Part shown: piece by piece, positions 22,716 through 34,400 of the stretch
Numbering within the stretch: position 1 is the stretch's first letter
Layout of the letters: the number at the start of each line of letters is the position of its first letter
Source of the DNA: Diplonema japonicum
Taxonomy: Eukaryota; Protista; Euglenozoa: Diplonemea
Direction: 5' to 3'
DNA: 64,000 nt
Assembly (NCBI GenBank): GCA_964019335.1
Contig: OZ025707.1
Coordinates: forward strand, 310,001-374,000
The notes under the pieces: model-generated
The model's database searches: none
The model's input: the letters and a program-made list of their open reading frames with translations, nothing else
Told to the model about the DNA's origin: nothing
Made by a program: the position numbers and the translations under genes

Positions 22716-24920
22716 GACTGGAACGGCCGCCCCGGGGCATCCGCTGCTCAACTAGTTGCGTAAGAAAAATATTCTTCCTTCTATGGACAGGACAGAAGGA
22801 TTTCGGTGTGCGGGTGGGTACTCATTCTTGCTTCCTTCTGTTTTCTCTTTTGGTATCCTTCTTTTAAAAGAAAGATGTGAGAATAGTATCCACTTTGCCG
22901 AAGGACTATCCATGAGGATGATAGTCTTGGGAGTAGAAAAAAAGAACACGAAGACCTTACGCAAGTAAGAGTGCTGGCCCGGCGAGCTACGAGGGCAAAA
23001 GCCTCTTTTTCTTCTAGAAGATGAGAAATATATTATAATGCGACATGATCAGACTGGAACGGCCGCCCCGGGGCATCCTCTGCTCAACCCGGCGGACGTG
23101 GGAGGCCCTTCTTCGGAAGGTGCCAGTCGCTTGATCAGTGTCGTCGAATGCGCGCTATATATATTTTATAAGTACATATAACAATCGATTGAAAGAAAAA
23201 GAACGCATACCAAGGGTTTATATACTTTTTGTATTTTTTGTCATTGTATTTTTCTCTCTCTCTCTCTCTTTTCTCTTTAGTGTAAAGAAAGAAAACCCTA
23301 ATAACATTATATTATACGGGGGGGAAAAAGAAGTGTACAGTGCTACAGCAACAAGCATGAACTGATGATCCCTAACGCGAGAAGGCTGCCAGTGTCGTCG
23401 AATGCGCGCTATATTTTATAAGTACATATAACAATCGATTGAAAGAAAAAGAACGCATACCAAGGGTGACGAACAGGCAGCAACACGGGCTCAGAATCTT
23501 GGTTACCAGGGGCACCATGGCTGGGGTTGAGTTGCACACCGCACGCATTAAGGACACGACGCGGAACGCAAAAGAAGCTACAACTAGGCCGAGGCGCGCC
23601 CCCTGTAATCAAGTAGACGATACTTGTGCAGGGCGCCCTGCCACATACTGCAGGCACCCTTAAATAGTCTCTCTTTTTTTTTTTTGGCGGGCTGTTGCTA
23701 ACCACTTCGTTCCTATCATAGTGAATTTTTTTTTTTCAACCACCCTGCCAAGAAACGAAAAGATGAAAGCTCCGCTCCCATTTTCCTTCTTTTTCCTTTC
23801 CTTTTCCTTCTTTTTTCGTATACCCGTGATAATAAAAAGAGTAAAAAAAAAAGGGGGGGGGGGGGAATCGATGACACAAAAAACAAGAAAAATAAGCGCA
23901 GGTGTTGCCCCGGGAGCTGCACAAAATCCAGGTGTGGCACACCACCCTACTCCGCTTCTGCGACAGAAGACTGCACGTGAAACACTTGAGAGCTTGAAAG
24001 ACTGCGGAAGAAGGTGAAAGGAAGGAGGGCCTTCCCTGCTGAACCATGCAAGAGAGTACACACGGTGCGTAGAAGAGCAATCTTTGCATCAACGAAGACC
24101 AAAATACAACCTAGAAGAGTTGGGGAAGCAGTGGGCAATGGAAAGAAGAGAAAAAGCACCCAAGCTTTCCGCGGCCTCCTTCTGGAAGATGAGCGACATG
24201 ATCAGACTGGAACGGCCGCCCCGGGGCATCCTCTGCTCAACCCGGCGGACGTGGGAGGCCCTTCTTCCGACAGTCATTTGATCAGTGTCGTCGAATGCGC
24301 GCTATATCTTATAATTATATAACAATCGATCGAAAACGGAAGAACGCAAACCCGACCAATACCAAAGGAGTTTCCACGGCCTCTTGGAAAGAACCCAAGA
24401 AGGGTGGGACACAGCATGCATTCAGAAGAAGGTTAGAGGCAAGCGAATCTTCCCGCAGAGAGCCAGAAGAACCACGCATGAAACAGAAGGCCAGTTTTTG
24501 CATCAGAGAAAACCAAGAAGGATCTTAAGAAACTGGGCAGGACGTAGCCGAAGAAGAAAGGCCGAGGCCCCCGAAAAAAGAGAAAGGGGTAATTAAGTAG
24601 ACAAGGGGGACGTTTCAAAACAGGAACCTCCTGTATCTCATCTCTTTTATTTCAGTTTCATCTGTTTCGTGTGTTTTATTTATACCTCTTCAATATTTTA
24701 TATTTGCTTCTTCTCCTTAATCACTTCAGGCAACACCAACAAAGTATGTCTTCAACCAGCAGCGTCAGCGACGGTGACGTGCTCCCACCTGGGTGTGAAG
24801 AACCGCTTGAAGCCTCCATTTCTTCAGCCGTCAGTAGTAGCGACATGCCCCCACCTGGGTATGAAGAACCGCTTGCAGCCACTACTTCTTCAGCCGTCAG
24901 TGGTGGTGACATGCCCCCAC
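22716..24920 (+). repeat. Segmental duplication of mosaic repeat block (copy at about 39977-41930)
   Basis: Colinear near-identical sequence over about 2 kb; the second copy lacks about 23160-23400. Confidence 0.9.
23040..23156 (+). repeat. Dispersed structured-RNA-like module
   Basis: Copies at 24192, 40301, 41207; partial copies at 22704, 39971, 45677, 57250. Nested complementary arms and a cUUCGg hairpin. Confidence 0.7.
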
Positions 24921-25951
24921 CCCTTGCAGCCGCTATTACTTCAGCTGTCAGTGGTGGTGACATGCCCCCACCCCTTGCAGCCGCTATTACTTCAGCTGTC
25001 AGTGGTGGTGACATGCCCCCACCTGGGTATGAAGTACCCCTTGCGGCCGCTGCCGTCAGTAGTGGTGACATGCCCCCACCTGGGTACGAAGAACCGCTTG
25101 CAGCCACTACTTCTTCAACCACCCTCACAAAAGAGGAGGGGAGGCTTGCCTTGGTGAGCGCTGTTTCAAAAAAGGACCATAAGGAGATGGAGCGTCTAAT
25201 AGTGGAGCGGGGTGTCGACCCTGGTGCAACGGACAGCGATGGTTTCACAGCCCTACACTATGCAGCTCGCGAAAACTATTACACAGCCGTGGCTGCTCTC
25301 GTCTCTACTCACAACCAGGACCCTGGTGTGAAAAGCAATGAGGGCTGGACACCGCTTCATCAAGCAGCAGAGAATGGAAACCTCGATATTGTTAAATGTC
25401 TCGTTGAACACCCGGCTTGCGAGCAAGATGCAGGTGTCGAAAACCACAACGGTAGGACACCGGTTCATCAAGCATCACTGAACGGCCACCTCGAGACAGT
25501 TAAATATCTCGTCGAAACTTGTGATCAAAACTCTGGTGTCGAAAGTAAAAGTGCTCTGACCAAAAGTAAAAGCGGTCTGACTCCAGTTCATCTAGCATCA
25601 CTGAACGGCCACCTCGAGACAGTTAAATATCTCGTTGGAACTCTCAGCCCTGAAGATCACGACACAAGTGCGTGCAGCTACGGTCGGACACCGATTCATC
25701 TAGCATCAGAACGCGGCCACCTCGAGACAGTTCAATTTCTCGTTGAAACTTGCGGTCTAGACTTCTCAGCCCAAAGCAGCCACGAAATCCGACCAATTGA
25801 CCTAGCGAAGCGGAACAAACATACGAAGGTTGTTGATTATCTTGAACGCCCCGGGAAGAAAATCGAAGGGGGGATAGAAAAAGGGGCCACGCGGAAAGCC
25901 GTGAAGAAGGGAGGTGGTTTTCCATCTTCGTTTACAAACTCTGTGAAGTAG
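24746..25951 (+). CDS. Ankyrin-repeat protein with N-terminal Pro-rich tandem repeats (PPGY)
   Basis: GFTALHYAA, GWTPLHQAA, GRTPVHQAS, GLTPVHLAS, GRTPIHLAS; N-terminal DMPPP(GYEEP)LAA repeats. Confidence 0.9.
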   Translation: MSSTSSVSDGDVLPPGCEEPLEASISSAVSSSDMPPPGYEEPLAATTSSAVSGGDMPPPLAAAITSAVSGGDMPPPLAAAITSAVSGGDMPPPGYEVPLAAAAVSSGDMPPPGYEEPLAATTSSTTLTKEEGRLALVSAVSKKDHKEMERLIVERGVDPGATDSDGFTALHYAARENYYTAVAALVSTHNQDPGVKSNEGWTPLHQAAENGNLDIVKCLVEHPACEQDAGVENHNGRTPVHQASLNGHLETVKYLVETCDQNSGVESKSALTKSKSGLTPVHLASLNGHLETVKYLVGTLSPEDHDTSACSYGRTPIHLASERGHLETVQFLVETCGLDFSAQSSHEIRPIDLAKRNKHTKVVDYLERPGKKIEGGIEKGATRKAVKKGGGFPSSFTNSVK

Positions 25952-26029
25952 TATAGCGATCAGAAGGCGGCTGAGAAGCTTTTGATTTTTTTTTTTTCTT
26001 TTTTTTTTCTTTTTTTTTTTTGTTACAAA

Positions 26030-26155
26030 TATTTATCTTTCAAAAAATGATTTTATAACTATATGCAACTTGTGCCGAGCAAAAAACTTTCGCAGCTTTT
26101 TAAAAATCTTTTTTGCTCGTGCGAACAACAAAGACATATAGTCATAAAGAATTAT
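26030..26155. mobile_element. Fold-back MITE-like element (empty form); expanded copy about 27085-27710
   Basis: cgagcaaaaaa/ttttttgctcg and outer imperfect inverted arms. The same ends flank about 450 bp of extra DNA at 27180-27635. Confidence 0.55.
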
Positions 26156-27142
26156 TTTTTTTTTTTTTAACACGAATCCCCCGAGACCCACATCCCTGAT
26201 CCCCCAAAAAAGTGTTAAGACAGTGTTAAAAGAAGAGAAGAGAAAAAAAAAAAAAAAAAACTACAAAAACACGGCAAACAACCGTTTTTGAGCCAAACCC
26301 GAGTTCTTCATTTTTTTTTTTCTCCCGTATACCAGTCAAAGTCTTTCCTTTGAAACCTAAAATTTCGAATTTCCACAAGTTCCCGGTGAACAACGGAGAA
26401 ATATTTCGAGTTACCGTGGGACAACGGGTAAAAAACAGGGTACAGAGTTTGGTGGAAAATCCAAGGGCGTGTCGTGATTGTAGTTTTCCGCAAAAAAAAA
26501 AAAAAAAAAAAAAAGGGAAAAAAAGAGGGAAGGTCCACCCCATGTTCTTTATGATACACTTGGGCCCTGGGGTGTGGTTGAGCTGTACACCGCACGCATT
26601 AAGTACACGACGCGGAACGCGGAAGAAGCTACAACTCGGCCGCGGTGCGCCCCCTGTAATCAAGTAGACAGTTCATGCTTCGTTGCACACTTACCGCCAC
26701 TTGGTGTTGCAATCAAAGCCCCCATTTCTTTTTTGTAGTGTGGCGACACCTGCCACATGGCGCCCTTAAATGTCTCTTTTTTTTTTAATTTATTTCTTAA
26801 TTCAAACCTCGTTTTCCTGTTCGCAAACCCGGGGGGGGGGGGGGGCGACATATGGATATGTCAGACGACCTTTCTTTTCTGTATCTGTTTTTTACCGTTT
26901 TCCCTTTTTTATTCCCACTTGCAGTATAATTTCTGCTACCTTTCAGTTAACATTTCAGCTACCTAGATGTTATCTATCTCGTAGTGCCGAAGGGCTTCAT
27001 GCCTGACGGCGGACTGTTGCAGAGGGGTTGACGGCATAACCGAGATATGTCACCTTACAAAGCTCTTATTATTTTTGTTGCAATTATTTATCTTCAAAAA
27101 AATGATTTTTTATAACCATATGCAACTTGTGCCGAGCGAGGG

Positions 27143-27177
<35 letters not shown>

Positions 27178-28500
27178 TTTCGAATCTGGGGGACCAATGT
27201 TTCCAACCTCCCTGTGGTGGTTCCTGGTAATTGTGGTTTGGAGAAACACAAGCGAAAGGGAAACTCTCGTTCTAAAGCCGTACACGTGGGGAAACCTAGA
27301 CGGGGGTGGAGAGCCCACCCTACGCGTGGCGCCAGTTAGCATCGCCCTCAACGGAGAGTCCCTTATCCCATTACATCGAACAAGGAGGTGGCTTCACCAG
27401 GTCAGGCAAGTAGCCTCCCCGCGGCATCGTGCCAGTGAAGCAAGCCTCCCACAACTCTCCAGTTGGTGTTTAATTGCTTCTGTAGCCCCTCTCCCTATTT
27501 CAATTTCCAAGCTTTCTTTACCTCTCCACTTTTACTTTCTACGGGACCACAGGGGACTTGGGAGGCTTCGGGGCGAAGTTTCACAAGGGTGGCCGCTGTG
27601 TCACATACTGCATGGCACCACTAAAATCGAGACAACTTTTTTTTTTTTTTTTTTTTTTTTGCTCGCGCGATCAACATAAGACATATCGTCAATAAGAATT
27701 TATTTTTCTTTCTTTCCCCAAACACGTGTTTCACCCGCTGTCCGGAAGAGAAGAATACCGGAGTGACAAACTCGCGGAAGCGAAAAAAGCGGATATTTTT
27801 CTCTAGTCGGCATTATCGGCTTGGGGGGGAGGACCCTTGCTTATTTCCCAATCTTCACCTTGGTGTTACTAGTGGTGTCGACCAATGTGTGCTTCACGAA
27901 TCACTTAAGGTACCTGCTCCGAGTTGGAGGAGAAAAAAAAAAGAAAAAGAAGAAATGTCGTCACCCACAGCATCACGGCGGGTTATTTTGCTGGGAGGGG
28001 GAACAATATCCAGTGGCCAGTTTCTTGCCCTTGGCAAACAGGCACTTTTGCTGTGTCCTTTTCTCGCCTCCGCAGCTGAAATACAAAGGTAAGACTGAGT
28101 CCCCCATGTGGACAACAGTGCCCACGTGCTGTCCCGAGGGTGGCACACACCCCCTGCAGACTGGAGCCTTACGGTTTCCCTCAAACACAAGGCAAAAATG
28201 GATACACTCAAGATTTGGGTTCAGGACATTATACAACGGACCCCTTCTTTGAGATACTGTTCTTCCTCCCATAAGCCCTCAGCTAAAAAAAGATTCCGGG
28301 GGGAGAAAAATGTCGGAAGAGAAAAATGCCGGAATGACAAGCTCCCGGGGAGAAAAAAAAAACCCGGATTTTTTTTTTGTGGTTTTACATTATTTGTTGG
28401 TTATTTTCATTTATTTTTTCACGTTTATTATCTTATTATTTTATTATTTTTTTTTTTTTTTAGTGGCGAAATAAGAAACTATACCCCTCAGGAAGAGCAC

Positions 28501-29889
28501 ATGGACATCTTTGTAACGATCCCGAATGGCGCGGTGTCTGTGGAACTGAAGGAACAGGACCTTGTGTCCGATCTGAAGGTAAAGATACGAGACGCTGCCG
28601 AAATGGATGCAGGGGTCCCCCTGGAGGTGACGAGGGAAGGCGCGGTGCTGCACGACGGGGAGCTCTTGAGCGGGCTGGGGGTCGTCGGGGGCGACACCCT
28701 TGAAGCCGACATCGGCAAGAAACAGAAGTCCATCTTGCGGCTCAGGGAACTAGGCTTCGAGGCAAACCACGAGACGCTGAAGACATCTGTATTGTCTTTA
28801 AACAGGGAGCTCGCGTGGCTCGTGGTGGAGGCAGGAGTTGACCCCAACGAGGACTATAAACCTGCTGAGAACACCGAACAGGGGTTCTGGAGTACTGTCT
28901 TGTACTGTAAGAACGCCGAGAACAGGATCAAGCTAGCCCTGGAGATCGGGGCTGACCCCAACGAGATGAACTGTATCTACGACAATGTCACAATGAGCGC
29001 ACTGTGCTACTTAATCCACGAAACAGCGTTGTTCGAAGCAGGTGCCGATCCGAACGTCCGCTGGGGCAGTCTTAACTTCATCCACCACGCCGTCGAAAAG
29101 TACAACGATTGGAGACCGGAAGCTGAATTCGACGCAATGCTGAAATCCTTCATATCCCACAAGGGGGACATCAATGCCCGTGACAGCAAGGGCCGCACAC
29201 CCCTCATCCTTGCCTGCATCCACAGAAGCCCACAAGGAGCAATGTTGCTGTTGGACCACGGGGCCGATCCGAGCATAAAGGAAAAGTCCGGAAGATCGTG
29301 CCTCTACTATGCTGTCAGGAGGGGGCTCTTATTCGATGATGTTGTGAAGCGGCTGATTTCAATGGGCCTTGGTCTGAACGATGTCTGGAGTGTTGGGCTG
29401 ACGTTTCTTCACTACGTTGCCTTGAAGCATGAAAGGAAGACAATATGCGAGTATCTGGTTTTGAAGGGTGCGGACCCCATGATTCGCAGTCACGAAGGTG
29501 CCACGCCCCTTCATCTTGCGGCCCGTAGGGGTTCTCCAGAAGTGGTGGAGTACCTAGGGCCCCTCAGCGATGTGAACGCGAAGGACAAGTTTGGTAGAAC
29601 ACCGCTTCACTATGCCGCTTTGCATCGTAAGTGGCGTGGGGCACTGCTCCTGATGCTAATTGGTGCAGAGCCTCTCCCTGATGATGAGGGGAATACCCCT
29701 CTGCACCTTGCTTCTTTGAGCGGCTGCAATGTGCTGCTTTACCATTGGCTTCGCAGCGTACACAAGTGTAGTGAAGAGGTACGCACAGCACGCAACGCAA
29801 ATGGAGAAGTGGCGAAGCAGGGTGACCTTGGCTCTAAAAAGATGCGACTTTATAAAATGATGCTGGTGAAGCACCGGTTCGGACAGTGA
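28501..29889 (+). CDS. Ubiquitin-like domain + ankyrin repeat protein, copy A
   Basis: MDIFVTIPNG..VSDLKVKI..GAVLHDGELLSGLGVVGGDTL (Ubl) followed by GRTPLILA, GATPLHLAA, GRTPLHYAA, GNTPLHLA. Confidence 0.9.
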   Translation: MDIFVTIPNGAVSVELKEQDLVSDLKVKIRDAAEMDAGVPLEVTREGAVLHDGELLSGLGVVGGDTLEADIGKKQKSILRLRELGFEANHETLKTSVLSLNRELAWLVVEAGVDPNEDYKPAENTEQGFWSTVLYCKNAENRIKLALEIGADPNEMNCIYDNVTMSALCYLIHETALFEAGADPNVRWGSLNFIHHAVEKYNDWRPEAEFDAMLKSFISHKGDINARDSKGRTPLILACIHRSPQGAMLLLDHGADPSIKEKSGRSCLYYAVRRGLLFDDVVKRLISMGLGLNDVWSVGLTFLHYVALKHERKTICEYLVLKGADPMIRSHEGATPLHLAARRGSPEVVEYLGPLSDVNAKDKFGRTPLHYAALHRKWRGALLLMLIGAEPLPDDEGNTPLHLASLSGCNVLLYHWLRSVHKCSEEVRTARNANGEVAKQGDLGSKKMRLYKMMLVKHRFGQ

Positions 29890-30717
29890 AGAGAAGGGGG
29901 GCGGGGGACGGAAATGTGAGGGGGGAAAAAAAAAGAAAACCCCCCCATAATTTTAACTCTCGTTATAGTTTTTATTTCTCCCCCTCCCGGATGAAGAATG
30001 CATGAACAGGGCAGCTGGTTTTTATTTTATTCTAACCAAAAATATCAAAAAAAGCAAAACAGCCCCTCCCATTATCTCCCATCGAACAAAGGAAAGTAGA
30101 ATTTCACCGGCTCTCTGGCGTGTAGCTTCTCCACGACCTCTTCGTGCCCAGTGGAACACGCCTCCCGGTGGTATAATCTCCTTTTTTCTTCTTCTTTTTC
30201 TCTTTTCTTCTTCGCCCTCCATAGTTTAACTCTCGTTGTAATTTATGTTTTCTCCCTCAAGGGAAAAAAAAAAATGTGTTTGATTTTTCTTTTTCTTAAA
30301 AAAAGATTTTTTTAGCCACAATATATAATTAAAAAAAAAGGAAAAGCTCCTCCCATTATTCTCCCATCGAACAAAAAAAAAAAGGTAGAATTTCACCGGC
30401 TCTCTGGCGTGCAGCTTCTCCACGGTCTTTTAGTGCCCAGTGGAGCATGCCTTCCCGTGACATACCCTCCTTTTTTTTCTCCCTATCTTTTCTCTCCTTT
30501 CTTCGACCTCCATCACAACGATGGAACTTGTGCGTGACCTACATGGTGACCAACCTAGACGGCCATTCTGCGCGCAAAGTGGGGTCGGGCTGCTTATAGT
30601 AGTTTAACGGGGCCCTTGCCATCACGTAACTCATATATTAAACAAGTCTCGTTTTACGAGTCGCATCCAATTAATCCCCAACACAGTCCCCTCTACCTAA
30701 CAACAACAAAGAATAGA

Positions 30718-31352
30718 TGAGTACGAGCAAGGGGAGCGCCTCGGGTCCGGCGGACAGGGGTCGGTGTACAAGGCAGTGAGGAGGGTGGATGGGAAGAACA
30801 TGGAGGAGGTGCGGCACATGCTGAAGCTGAAGCACAGGAACCTGGTCCCCTGCCTTGACTTCTTCGAGACGACAAAGCAGCTGGCAAAGGAATCCCTGGC
30901 CAAGGTGTGGCAGCTTCACATCGTGATGCCCCTGTACGGAAAAGGGGACCTCTACTCATACGTCGAAAAGGAGGGACCCCTCTCTCCGGAGAATGCGGAC
31001 AGGCTCTTGCGGGAGATGGGAGGTGTCCTCCGATGGGGTAGCGACTACAAAAACAGGCACACCGGCTTACATTCACAGTAAGGGCTTCATCCACATGGAC
31101 GTGAAACCCCAAAACATCATGGTGTCCATTGGCGGCGGTGAGGAAGAAGCAGAGTTCATCCTGGCAGACCTGGGACTGTCGAAGGAGGTGTCCTCCGATG
31201 GGGTAGCGACTACAAAAACAGGCACACCGGCTTACATGGCACCTGACTTCGAGGAGGACAGCTACACCAACATGTGGGCCCTCGGGGTGACTGTGTACCG
31301 TGGTTCTCCAAGCAGACCTGAGGGATCTCTTTCTGAAATACTTGCATTCTAA
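30718..31352 (+). pseudogene. Second NEK-like kinase pseudogene
   Basis: Near-identical to the 11069 copy in the N-lobe but lacks the VAIK-lysine segment. HMD replaces HRD. Ectopic duplicate of gatggggtagcgactacaaaaacaggcacaccggcttacat. Confidence 0.8.
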
Positions 31353-31744
31353 CCGGGAGCTTGTGATGGGGACTCTTCAGACCCACGTATAGTGCCTAAA
31401 ACCGCGGAGGAGCTTGGGGAACACAGGAGGTTTAACACATGAGGTTTAACACATGAGGTTTGCCCGAATCGTCCTCATCCTCGACTTCGATAAGTCGTAG
31501 GTCATGTCAGGCGTTACACGGAAGGCTTGGAAGGGGGCCGATCACACGGTGACATGAGAGTCTTGAAAGATGACCACCTCTTGGCTTCTCACTGGCTGTT
31601 CTTCAGTGGCACAATGTGAGGCAGCCACACCAAGAGTTCTTCCTTCTTCTAGAAGATGGAAATTAAAATTATATTATAGTAAAAGAAGAAGCGATGATCA
31701 ATCAGCTGATGTCCGGGCATCACGAGCTGTTGAAGAAAGACTTC

Positions 31745-31945
31745 AAGCAACGCACTTGCGAAATATGTGCGGACCCGCAACAGAGAGAACGCTCGAACAC
31801 CTCCTCCTGAAATGCCCTGCAACCAAAGCGGCCAAGGCGAAACACTTCGACACCCTGACGCTAAAACACATCCTTGGGAAAGACCCCCGAAAAGCGATCC
31901 TATTCCTTGAAGAGACCGAAAACCTACCCCCCAAACCCACCACAG
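31745..31945 (+). mobile_element. Ingi-like LINE zinc-knuckle fragment
   Basis: RTLEHLLLKCPATKAAKAKHF..KAILFLEETE, homologous to 21035-21210. Confidence 0.7.
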
Positions 31946-32289
31946 CAACCGACTATTCGCAGGGCACATGAAGTTACAACTCCCTCGTTATGAGAGACTG
32001 GCGTCTACCAGCTACTGGGCTACTCACAGGTATGGTGAAAGTTGAACATGGCGGGGGGGTTGTGATACCTTTGGTCTCGGCCAGGGGAAATTGTATGCGA
32101 GCCGGTGTCCCAGGAGCGCTCCGGAGCATCTGCTGCTCATGTTGGTGGCGAATGTGGTTGTTTCACCTTAGTGGTTTTTTCCTTTGTTACCAGGGTTTTT
32201 TCTGAAACTCGAGCTTATGACAAATTACGTATTTATTGTATTTCACTCTTTTCCTTCTCAAAAAGACACTGCCCCCTCAGGAAGAGCAC

Positions 32290-33684
32290 ATGGACATCTT
32301 TGTAACGATCCCGAATGACTCAACGGTGTCTGTGGAACTGAAGGAACAGGACCTTGTGTCCGATCTGAAGGCAAAGATACGAGAAGCTGCCGAAATGGAT
32401 GCAGGGGTCCCCCTGGAGGTGACGAGGGAAGGCGCGGTGCTGCACGACGGGGAGCTCTTGAGCGGGCTGGGGATCGTCGGGGGCGACACCCTTGAAGCCG
32501 ACATCGGCAAGAAACAGAAGTCCATCTTGCGGCTCAGGGAACTAGGCTTCGAGGCAAACCACGAGACGCTGAAGACATCTGTATCGTCTTTAAACAGGGA
32601 GCTCGCGTGGCTCGTGGTGGAGGCAGGAGTTGACCCCAACGAGGACTATGAACTTGCGTACAACGAACAGGGGTTCTGGAGAACTGTCTTGTACTGTAAG
32701 AACGCCGAGAACAGCATCAAGCTAGCCCTGGAGATCGGGGCTGACCCCAACGAGATGAACTGCTTCAACTACAGCGATATCACAATGAGCGCACTGTGCT
32801 ACTTAATCCACGAAACAGCGTTGTTCGAAGCAGGTGCCGATCCGAACGTCCGCTGGGGCAGTCTTAACTTCATCCACCACGCCGTCGAAAAGTACAACGA
32901 TTGGAGACCGGAAGCTGAATTCGACGCAATACTGAAATCCTTCATATCCCACAAGGGGGACATCAATGCCCGTGACAGCAAGGGCCGCACACCCCTCATC
33001 CTTGCCTGCATCCACAGAAGCCCACAAGGAGCAATGTTGCTGTTGGACTACGGGGCCGATCCGAGCATAAAGGAAAAGTCCGGAAGATCGTGCCTCTACT
33101 ATGCTGTCAGGAGGGGGCTCTTATTCGATGATGTTGTGAAGCGGCTGCTTTCTATGGGCCTTGGTCTGAACGATGCAGGGGGTATCGGGCTGGCACCTCT
33201 TCACTTCGTTACCTTGAAGCATGCAAAAAGGACAATGTGCGAGTATCTGGTTTTGAAGGGTGCGGACCCCATGATTCGCAGTCACGAAGGTGCCACGCCC
33301 CTTCATCTTGCGGCCCGTAGGGGTTCTCCAGAAGTGGTGGAGTACCTAGGGCCCCTCAGCGATGTGAACGCGAAGGACAAGTTTGGTAGAACACCGCTTC
33401 ACTATGCCGCTTTGCATCGTAAGTGGCGTGGGGCACTGCTCCTGATGCTAATTGGTGCAGAGCCTCTCCCTGATGATGAGGGGAATACCCCTCTGCACCT
33501 TGCTTCTTTGAGCGGCTGCAATGTGCTGCTTTACCATTGGCTTCGCAGCGTACACAAGTGTAGTGAAGAGGTACGCACAGCACGCAACGCAAATGGAGAA
33601 GTGGCGAAGCGAAAGGGTGACCTTGACTGTAAAAAGATGCGTGCTTATAAAATGATGCTGGTGAAGCACCGGTTCGGACAGTGA
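32290..33684 (+). CDS. Ubiquitin-like domain + ankyrin repeat protein, copy B
   Basis: Near-identical paralogue of 28501-29889 with shared ccctcag-gaagagcac-ATG leader and related 3' flank. Confidence 0.9.
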   Translation: MDIFVTIPNDSTVSVELKEQDLVSDLKAKIREAAEMDAGVPLEVTREGAVLHDGELLSGLGIVGGDTLEADIGKKQKSILRLRELGFEANHETLKTSVSSLNRELAWLVVEAGVDPNEDYELAYNEQGFWRTVLYCKNAENSIKLALEIGADPNEMNCFNYSDITMSALCYLIHETALFEAGADPNVRWGSLNFIHHAVEKYNDWRPEAEFDAILKSFISHKGDINARDSKGRTPLILACIHRSPQGAMLLLDYGADPSIKEKSGRSCLYYAVRRGLLFDDVVKRLLSMGLGLNDAGGIGLAPLHFVTLKHAKRTMCEYLVLKGADPMIRSHEGATPLHLAARRGSPEVVEYLGPLSDVNAKDKFGRTPLHYAALHRKWRGALLLMLIGAEPLPDDEGNTPLHLASLSGCNVLLYHWLRSVHKCSEEVRTARNANGEVAKRKGDLDCKKMRAYKMMLVKHRFGQ

Positions 33685-34400
33685 AGAGAAGGGGGGCGGG
33701 GGGGGGGGGGGGGTAAAGAAAGAAATGTGTGAAAGAAGGGCAATTGATTTTTATTTTATTCTAACCAAAATATTAAAAAAACAAAACAGCCCCTCCCATT
33801 ATTCTCCCATCGAACAAAGGAAAGTTGAATTTCACCGGCTCTCTGGCGTGTAGCTTCTCCACGGTCTTTTAGTACCCAGTGGAGCGCACCTTACCGTGAC
33901 TTTCTCTCCTTTTTCTTTTTTTCTTTTTTAAGGTGGTGGAAATATAAGAAGTACATCAGATGTATTGTTCGCTGTTGACCACCTCGTCGGTCATCACCGG
34001 TAGCGCCCGAGCGAAAAAACGTATTGCAGATGCTCAGGGTACGAACAGGCAGCAAACTGCACGAGCGCAGAATCTTGGTTACTCGGGTCGCCCCGGCTGG
34101 AGTTGAGTTGCTCACCGCACGCATTAAGGACACGACACGGAACGCAGAAGAAAAGCTACTCGGCTGCGGTGCGCCCCCTGTAATCAAGTAGACGGTTCAT
34201 GCTTCGTTGCACACTTAACGCTACTTGTTGTTGCAATCAAAGCCCCCATTTCTTTTTTCCCCCCACCCTTTTCCCTCGCCAATCTTTTTTTTAAAAAGAA
34301 TATTTGACATCGTTCTGCGTACAAATACACTACTAGTAAGGGAGGGGGAAAAGAAAATAACTCGCCTATTCAGAAAAAGGGAAAGGCCACCACACACAAA

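Noticed and set aside
23040-23156. HDV-like or hammerhead ribozyme assignment
   Set aside because: I could not thread P1/P2/P3/P1.1/P4 or a CUGANGA..GAAA core by eye; left unassigned.
28108-28500. N-terminal extensions of listed ORFs (also 4031, 5709, 24671, 32236)
   Set aside because: Translate poly(T)/poly(A) acceptor regions from non-ATG starts; paralogue identity begins just before the downstream ATG.
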